This document shows, piece after piece, positions 52,585 to 61,300 of a stretch of 64,000 bases of DNA. Within the stretch, counting starts at the first letter, position 1; the number at the start of each line of letters is the position of its first letter. The DNA comes from a virus. Lineage: Duplodnaviria > Caudoviricetes. The translations under genes were made by a program, and so were the position numbers. The stretch spans positions 32,001 through 96,000 of IMG/VR virus record IMGVR_UViG_3300019378_000951; one strand, given 5' to 3'. The notes under the pieces were generated by a model, which searched no databases, was not told the origin of the DNA, and saw only the letters and a list, made by a program, of their open reading frames with translations.

Positions 52585-54606
52585 ATGAAAGGATTATTCG
52601 ATTGTTTGAGAAATAGAATATATAGAGAAGATGAAGATATACTAAAACAAATAGCAGCTAATGCTCCTGTTGATGATTCTGAAATAGAAGCTTTTGAGGC
52701 TGATGACGAAGACGATGAAGATGAATGGGGTTTAGGCGGAATAAATATAGACGAAATTGATGACGCTGACATAGAAAGAGTAACAAATGAATTCAATATG
52801 GATGAAGGAAATAGAGCTGCTTGTAGATTAAAAACTATAGATCTTAAAGAAGACGTATTCGAAGAAGATAACGTTGAATTACAACCAGAAACTAAATTAA
52901 ATAAAAAAGTATCTGCTGATGATGATATGAGAGATTTCGTTGGTGCTGGTGATGGTTCTGGACATGATATGAAAACTGAATCTTTCGATTTAATAATGGA
53001 AGAAGTTATGGAAGAAATAGAACTAATGGATGAAGGCTTAATGGCTAACATGCGTGAAAAAAGATTAGACAAAAAATTAAATAAAATGGAACTTAAAGAC
53101 GCTAAAAGAGATCGTAAAGAAGGAATAAAACAAGCTAAAGATAAAGCTAAAGATGCTAAAAATGACGCTTTCCTTAATAAAAGAGCTGACAGAAGACAAG
53201 CCCATGCTGAATTATCCGCTGAAAGAAAAGCCGCTTACAATAAATTTGCTAAAGGCGCAGACGAAAGATTATTTGGTGGAGGAAAAGTAAGAAGAGGCAT
53301 AGCTGCTGATAAACGTGCTGGTATTAATGCTGCCAAAGCTGAATATAGAAACATTAAAAGAGATCAAATATTAAGAAAAAAAGCCAGACAAGTTGCAGTC
53401 GAAGAAGGTGTTTCTTTAGATGAAGCATTAAATTTTGTATTAGAATGTGAACAAGATTTATTAGACGAAGGATATGATTACGAAGAAATATATGGAGAAG
53501 ATAATGTAGAATATCAACCAGAAACTAAACTTAATAAAAAAGTATCTCAAGACCCTGATATGAGAGACTTTGTAGGCGCTGGTGATGGTTCTGGACATGA
53601 TATGAAAACTGAAGAGACAGATGAATTATATGATGAAGGATTATTTGCTAAAGTTGGAGAAACTGTAGATAACCGAAGAAGAAAAAAAATGGAACTAAGA
53701 GATGCAAAATATAATAAATTAAATGCTAAAGATGATGAATGGCTAAGAAAAAGAGATGCTGTAAGAGATATAAAAAGAGATTCACGCCATGCGGTAGATG
53801 CTGAACGTCGTAATTACAAAGTTAATAAAAGAGGTATTGAAAGAGATTATAAAAATGATAGAGTTAATATAAAATTAGATTCTAATGCTAGAAGAAGAGA
53901 TATTTGGAGAACTAAAAAAGCTAGACAAGTTGCAGTCGAAGAAGGTGTTTCTTTAGATGAAGCATTAAATTTTGTATTAGAATGTGAACAAGATTTATTA
54001 GATGAAGGTTTTGGATATGAAGAAATATATGGAGAAGATATATTTGAAGAAGATAATGTAGAATTACAACCTGAAACTAAACTTAATAAAAAAGTATCTC
54101 AAGATCCTGATATGAGAGATTTCGTTGGTGCTGGTGATGGTTCTGGACATGATATGAAAACTGAAGCTGCTATATTAGCTTATGAAGAAGGAATATCTTT
54201 AGAAGAAGCTATGGAATGGTTAATGGAAGATGAAGAAATATATGATGAAGGATTAAGAGATAATATAAGAGCTACAAGAGCTGCTAAAAGAGCTTATAAA
54301 GCTAAAAAGAAAGAAATATGGAAAGGTACACAAGAAGACGTAGTTGATGATGCTATAGCTAAACTTGGAAGAGATGGAAATGACAATGGAGTATTCCCTA
54401 CAAGAGTAGACCTTCAAGATGAAGTATATGATGAAGGTGGAGATCCAGATGAATGTGCACCAAAAAGACAACATCAAAAACCAGTAGGAAATGTTGATGC
54501 TGTATCAGTAGACGGAATAGACACTGATGATGAATTAATATTAGGTGTTGAAGCTGTTATAAAAGAAATAGAAGAAAGTTTAGACTTAGACGATTTTGAT
54601 TGTTAA
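52585..54606 (+). CDS. Repeat-containing acid/basic head polyprotein
   Basis: Three copies of a 39-aa module; alternating D/E-rich and K/R-rich blocks; late promoter at 52531-52542. Confidence 0.65.
   Translation: MKGLFDCLRNRIYREDEDILKQIAANAPVDDSEIEAFEADDEDDEDEWGLGGINIDEIDDADIERVTNEFNMDEGNRAACRLKTIDLKEDVFEEDNVELQPETKLNKKVSADDDMRDFVGAGDGSGHDMKTESFDLIMEEVMEEIELMDEGLMANMREKRLDKKLNKMELKDAKRDRKEGIKQAKDKAKDAKNDAFLNKRADRRQAHAELSAERKAAYNKFAKGADERLFGGGKVRRGIAADKRAGINAAKAEYRNIKRDQILRKKARQVAVEEGVSLDEALNFVLECEQDLLDEGYDYEEIYGEDNVEYQPETKLNKKVSQDPDMRDFVGAGDGSGHDMKTEETDELYDEGLFAKVGETVDNRRRKKMELRDAKYNKLNAKDDEWLRKRDAVRDIKRDSRHAVDAERRNYKVNKRGIERDYKNDRVNIKLDSNARRRDIWRTKKARQVAVEEGVSLDEALNFVLECEQDLLDEGFGYEEIYGEDIFEEDNVELQPETKLNKKVSQDPDMRDFVGAGDGSGHDMKTEAAILAYEEGISLEEAMEWLMEDEEIYDEGLRDNIRATRAAKRAYKAKKKEIWKGTQEDVVDDAIAKLGRDGNDNGVFPTRVDLQDEVYDEGGDPDECAPKRQHQKPVGNVDAVSVDGIDTDDELILGVEAVIKEIEESLDLDDFDC
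52864..54165 (+). repeat. Intragenic direct repeats: three ~117-nt copies (52864-52980, 53497-53613, 54049-54165) plus a ~240-nt duplication (~53377-53613 and ~53914-54165)
   Basis: EDNVExQPETKLNKKVSxDxDMRDFVGAGDGSGHDMKTE occurs three times; KKARQVAVEEGVSLDEALNFVLECEQDLLDEG occurs twice. Confidence 0.9.
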
Positions 54607-54657
54607 TTAGAAGGGGAATATTGTCCTCTTCTTTATTTTTAAATAAGGAGGTTTTGT

Positions 54658-55218
54658 ATGATGTTTAATGATATATTTATACACAAGGGCGAAGTATGGG
54701 CCAAAGCTAAATATAGTTGCAAATTGCCATTAGTGGGCTTTGTAAAATCCAATATTCCTGTACGTATGAGTGAAGAAAATTTCAAGACATTGGTAAGAAA
54801 CGGGCATCCTATAGTTAAAATACCTATATCTGAATTATACGTAATGCCTTTAGGAAAATATTATAATCCAGCTCCTCTTGTTTATCAAAAAGTTGTTAAT
54901 AAAGAATTTAGAGTAGACCATGTTGAAAAAATAAATATGATTGAAGAAAGAATTGAAGAACCTACAATAGAATCAGTTATGCCAGATAATTGTATAGCTG
55001 ATATAAGTTCTGTAGGTGATATGTTGATGCAACAGGCAATAAATGACGAAGAGCCTGATAATATAGATGAAGACGATGAACCGATAACTAGAAATGAAAT
55101 AAATAGAATGAAAAAAGCAGATTTACAAAAATTGCTTGATTATTTAGAAATACCATATACAGAAGAAATGGTTGTTAAAGATTTAAGAGAATTAGCGTTA
55201 GAAGCGCTTGATTTATAA
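54658..55218 (+). CDS. Protein with C-terminal HeH/Rho-N-like domain
   Basis: RMKKADLQKLLDYLEIPY..EMVVKDLRELAL. Confidence 0.55.
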   Translation: MMFNDIFIHKGEVWAKAKYSCKLPLVGFVKSNIPVRMSEENFKTLVRNGHPIVKIPISELYVMPLGKYYNPAPLVYQKVVNKEFRVDHVEKINMIEERIEEPTIESVMPDNCIADISSVGDMLMQQAINDEEPDNIDEDDEPITRNEINRMKKADLQKLLDYLEIPYTEEMVVKDLRELALEALDL

Positions 55219-55221
55219 GAT

Positions 55222-55266
55222 TAAGGATTACACTATGCTAATACCGTAGTGTAATCCTTATTTTTT
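55222..55266 (+). terminator. Rho-independent terminator
   Basis: TAAGGATTACACTA...TAGTGTAATCCTTA followed by a T run. Confidence 0.7.
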
Positions 55267-55278
55267 GAAAATTACAGT

Positions 55279-55290
55279 AACAAACTAGTA
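55279..55290 (+). promoter_or_regulatory. Late promoter AACA-N6-TA of the RNAP beta-N gene
   Basis: AACA-AACTAG-TA, one of at least 14 similarly placed copies. Confidence 0.65.
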
Positions 55291-55317
55291 TTGATTTGTA
55301 CGAGAAAGGAGAAAATA

Positions 55318-58300
55318 ATGTTTTATTTGGATAAATTAAAAGAGAATAAGCTTTATAATAAATTTCCAATTTCGGGAATAAATGCTTCAGCTCAAGATAA
55401 GCGTAATGGAACATGTTTAATGGTTTTAGGTAAAAATCAAAATGAAACAGTTGAAGTCCTTAATGCCGGACTAGTAAGTCCTATGAATTTTAGATCTTTT
55501 TATATACCACGTAAAATAAAAACAGTTCACGCAAATAAAGTAACATTAGTTAAGCAAAAAGATTATTATGATGTTATAAAATCCAAAGCTGCAAATATAA
55601 GTTTTACATTGACAACTATAGAAGCTTATAAAGGTAAAAACTTAATATATGATATGTCTCAAGAAATTGAATTTACAAATTCTATAATAAAAGTTTCAGG
55701 AAAACGTAAATACGAGATAATGTCAAAAATGATAATGACTCGTTTATATGAACTTAAAGCTCATTATCAAAATGTAATAATATTATGTCCGATGAGTATA
55801 AACGAAGAATCATATACTAATATAAATGCTGCAAATTCAATGAGTCAATATATTTATCACATGTTACAATCTGGAATTCTTGAGGATGAAATGGTTATAA
55901 TGTTTGCACCAGCTTCAAGAATATACACATTATTTAAAGGTAATGAAAATACAGCTAATGAATCAATGAAAATAATAAGACGTTTACAAAACCGTATTAA
56001 TGGTGTTGACGAAGATTCTGAAGAAAATGCTGAAATTAAAACTGTTAATGATGATGAAGTAGTTCAAGATGTATCAGAAACTGTAGTTAATAAAGAACTT
56101 AAGCCTATATTAAATAAAATAGGCATGAAAGTTGATAAGGTTCCATCAGATTTACACCCAATGGTATCTGCTTTACAAGATATGGTACAAGAAGTAATTA
56201 AAACTAAATCAGAAGAAGAAATGGTGGAAGAGGTTCTTAATAAATCACCTGAATTCTTAGAAATGTTTAGTGAATTAGTTGAAATTAAAAAGGTTGGTAT
56301 GAACAATGCCGAAGCTATTAAGAAAACAGAACGTATACAAAAACTTAAAGAAAAACAAGGGCTGGTTCAAGTTACAGATAATTTAACAATAGCAGATATA
56401 CTAGCGGATTTTGAAGAAATTAAATTAGAACCAATAATACTTCCTGCTAGAACTATTAACAAAGAAATACAGCAATCATCAGTTAAAAACTTTGATAGTT
56501 CTTATCAAAAGAAAGTGTTAGAAAAAGATATAGCAAGTATATTTACAGCATTTAACAATGATACAGATATTAAAATATTTACAACAAGAGTTCAAAAAAC
56601 TGATAGTTCTGATGATTTATCTAATAAAGAAACATACAGTCTTACAATGGAAGACGACAGAGGTAATAAACATAATGTAACATTTGATTTGCCTAAAGTT
56701 AAAGAAGGTAAATTTATGTACTTAAACTCAGGTAAAAAACTTATACAAAAACAAATAATGCTTTTACCTATAATAAAAACGCATCCAGATAAAGTACAAG
56801 TTACATCAAATGCTAATAAATTCTTCGTTGAACGTTTTGGACAAAAAATGTCATCAAGATTAGATGCATTAAAGAGATTATGCATATCTGATGCTTTAAG
56901 AGGTTCTAATATAGAAGTTAAAAAAGGTAATGCTAAAGGAGTTAACTCTAAACTTCAAACAAACCTTGAATATTTAGACTTCTCTGATAGTGTTTCTGAA
57001 ATAAACTTTGGAGACCTTAAATTACAATTTAACTATAATTTAATAATGAATATGCTTAATCCTAATAAACCAGATTTCAATGAAAAAGTATATAATGAAT
57101 TCGGAGATAAAGATAAAGATTTTATGTTATTTGGATATTCGCGTAAAGAACTTATAATGTTCGATAGAATATCTGGAGAAGTATATAGCCAAATAAATGG
57201 TAAAAATGATAAAGTTGCAGATTCTTTATTTGATTATGTATTAGGCTTAATAAATAAATCTAACGTAGATAAAAAAGTTGTAGCTTCTATACTTAATAAA
57301 AAACCTGGTAAATCATACGCGTACAGTAGAATAGCTATAAATAGTAAACGCATGCCATTAATATGTATACTTGGTTATGAACTAGGATTATCAAAAGTTC
57401 TTGAAAGATATGAAATAAAATATAAGTTCTCTCAAGAAGTACCTAAGTATGCAGCAACTAACAAACAAGAAATAATTAGATTCTTAGATGGATATTTAAC
57501 ATATGATTCTAGCCTATTACGTAATTCATTATTATTAAATGGACTTTCTGCAGTAGGTTGTGAAGAATATAGTTTTGAAGATATGGATACTATAGAACCA
57601 TATTTAGACATGTTCTATCAATTAACTGGTTCTAGAAATGCTGGTAAAGGTATACATAATAACCTTAGTTTAATGATAGACCCGTTAACACTAGATGTAT
57701 TAAGAAAACTACATTTACCAGAAAATATATATGATATATTACTTTATTCTAATACATTACTTGAAGATGTTACATTTAAGAAAATGAATGATATGAGTAC
57801 TTATCGTATAAGGGGAGCAGAACAAATACCAGCATTAGCTTATAACTGTTTAGCTAACTATGTAAGAGAATATAAAGACAAAATACGTGCAGGAAATAAT
57901 AATGCTAGAATAAGTATGCCTAGAGATATAGTAATTAAAAAGATACTTGAGCTAGCAACAGTAGATGAATATTCTACACTTAATCCATCACTTGAAATAG
58001 AACGTAGTTCAGGTGCAACATATAAAGGTTTAAGTGGTAAAATAATGCCACCTCGCATATGTGAGTAAAACTTCTTTAATTGCTGGAAACTCCTATATGG
58101 ACAATCAGCAACCAAGCTCGAAAGAGAAGGTTCAACGACTATCGAAACCGTTAATAAGGGAGTAGAGTACCGAAAGGGAAATGGGAAGCATCAGAGATGA
58201 TGAAGATATAGTCTGAACTATATAGAAATATATAGGTAACATAATGATTAACCTTGATAGTGCATATACACCTGCTATACGTAGTTATGATAAATCAATG

Positions 58301-61300
58301 AATGGATTATTTAGTTATAGTACTCCTAAAATGGGAATTTTATTATAAACACTATTGGGAGTGTAAAACTTCTTTAATTGCTGGGAACTCCTATATGGAC
58401 AATCAGCAGCCAAGCATCTATAAGATGAAGGTTCAACGACTATCGAAACCGTTAATAAGGGAGTAGAGTACACTCAGAATGAGTGGAAATGGGAAGCACT
58501 AGAGATAGTGAAGATATAGTCTGAACTATGCAGAAATGTATAGTTAACATAAATGGATAGTGACAAAGTTGGGGTTAGAAAGACAATCTAATGGCTCCAA
58601 CTATAAAAAAGCTCTTTAATTGCTGGGACATCCCATGAGGACAATCAGCAGCTTAATTAATCTTACTTTTATTTTATAACAAATATGTATAAATAAAAGT
58701 AGGAGTGGTGAATATAAATGAATCTTAAATTAGAATTAAATGGCAGTACATATAATATAAATACTGAAAGTTATCCAGAAGGATATGGATTAAAACTATA
58801 TGAACAAGCACAGAAATTCGGATATATGTGTTATAATTATTATGAATGCATAGATGACAATACTTCATATTTGCTTATGTTTTCAAAAGCATATGGCATA
58901 ATAAAAGCTAAAGTAGATAATGAAGATATTCCTAAACTATCTAAATGTACATGGAGACCTAATTATTCTAAACGATCTCAAAAATATTACGTAGAGAATA
59001 CAGATAAAGGTAAAATGCATAGATATATAATGGGGTTTAACAAAAAAGAAGATGTAGATATAAAAATTGATCATATAGATAGAGATCCTTTAAATAATTG
59101 CAAAACTAATTTACGTAAAGTAACTCAAGCTGAAAATTGTAAAAATTCTTCATTGAGAAGTGACAATACATCTGGTATAAAAGGTATACGATATGAAAAA
59201 AGTAGAAACAGATGGTCAGCTGAAATACATGTAGATGGTAAAAAATATACTAAATGTTTTGCAGTTAGTAAGTATGGATATCAGGAGGCATTAAATTTAG
59301 CTATTGAATTTAGAAGAAAGATTGCTGAAGAAAATGGATTCATAAACCCATTTAATTAAGTTCAACGACTATCGAAACCGTTAATAAGGGAGTAGAGTAC
59401 ACGAAAGCACGTGGAAACAAGAGCCACTAGAAATAGTGAAGATATAGTCTGATCTGTATAGCAATATACAGTTAACATAAATGCGTTAGACAATTAACTT
59501 ATAACCCTAATATACTTAATACAAGAGGATTCGTAGACACAGATAGATCAGAAAATCCGGCTATAGATTATTTCGGTCCAGCTGAGCTACTTAACCCATT
59601 CACTAAATTAATTGGTGAATTAAAACTTCTTTAATTGCTGGAACCTCCTATATGGACAATCAGCAGCCAAGATAAAATAATCATCTAACAATATAAAAAT
59701 CATTTTAACAAATCTCTATTAAAAATTATTGAGAGGAGTTAACAAATGCCTAAAAAATTAACAGAACAAGAAGTTCGAGATAATATTAGTAAGATAGATA
59801 ATGGAGAATATGAATTAATAGGACATTATATAAATAGTAAAACTCCAATTAAAATAAAACATAAATGTGGACGAATAATGGAAATTCAATATGGAAAATT
59901 TACTGGAAAAAGAGCTCAAAGATGCAGATGTTTATTTGAACATCATAATAAAATGAGTCTGGATGAATTTAAAAAACGTTTATTTGAAAAACATGGGAAC
60001 AATTATGAAATTGTAAACGAAAATGAGTATGTTGATTATAATACTCCTATATATTTTATACATAAACCGTGTGGTAATAAATATAAAAGAAAACCAGATA
60101 ATGTTATTAGATGTAATACATGTGTAGAATGTAGTTATACGCAAAAATTAAGAGCTTCTAATAACACTACAAAAACATTGTCTCAAATAAAGAATGAGAT
60201 TGATAAAATAACTGAGGGATCATGCAAATTAGCATACGATATAAACTATATAAATAATAAACAAGAATTGCCAATACTTCATAAGGAATGTGGTAAAATT
60301 AGCATGATTAGTTTTAATGATATTTCAGTTAAAAATACTAGATGTAGATATTGTAGTGGAAGTAAAGGAGAACTTATAATACAAGATTATCTTGATACTA
60401 ATAATATCAAATATGAACGAGAAAAAATTTTTGATAATTTAATTGATGAAAAACATCTTAGGTTTGATTTTTATATAGAAAATTACAATCACAATCTTTT
60501 AATAGAATTTGATGGAATTCAACATTTTGAACCAACATTTGGAAAAGATGATGTTGAAAAACAAAATAGATTTGAACTAACTCAAAAGCATGATAATATG
60601 AAAAATGAATATAGCAGAATACATGATATTAATCTTTTGAGAATTCGATATGATGAAATTGACAAAATAAATAAAATATTAGATGACTATTTTTATAAGG
60701 TTCAACGACTATCGAAACCGTTAATAAGGGAGTAGAGTACACTTAACTGTGGAAATGGGAAGCACTAGAGATAGTGAAGATATAGTCTGAGCTATGCAGA
60801 AATGTATAGATTAACATAACTGAATCAACACGCAGACCCACCGAGAATTAATAACCTGGTTCTCGTTAAACTTCTTTAATTGCTGGAACACCCTACAAGG
60901 ACAATCAGCAGCCAATCCTGAAAAGGAAGGTTCAACGACTATCGAAACCATTAATAAGGGAGTAGAGTACACCAACAATGGTGGAAATGGGAAGCACTAG
61001 AAATAGTGAAGATATAGTCTGATCTGTATAGTAATATACAGCTTAACATAATGCGGAATGCAGACAACTTAATTGTTGGGTTGTCTATAAAACCCTTTTA
61101 ATTGCTGGAACACCCTATATGGACAATCAGCAGCCAATCCTGAAAAGGAAGGTTCAACGACTATCGAAACCATTAATAAGGGAGTAGAGTACCGAAAGGG
61201 AAATGGAGGGCACTAGAGATAGTGAAGATATAGTCTGAACTATGCAGAAATGTATAGATTAACATATGCAACAAAAACATATAATCCCTATAAAGAAAGC

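Noticed and set aside
52536-53072. Antisense ORFs in the track (e.g. 52536-53072, 17371-17646, 25995-26282, 44304-44618, 61259-61567)
   Set aside because: Ser/Ile/Phe-rich shadows of strongly biased sense genes, with no RBS or promoter.
58324-58336. Alternative short P1 (UCCU/GGGA) in intron 2
   Set aside because: The distal GGGAGU gives a longer P1 plus a 7-bp P10 and uses the same splice site, so there is no evidence for alternative splicing.
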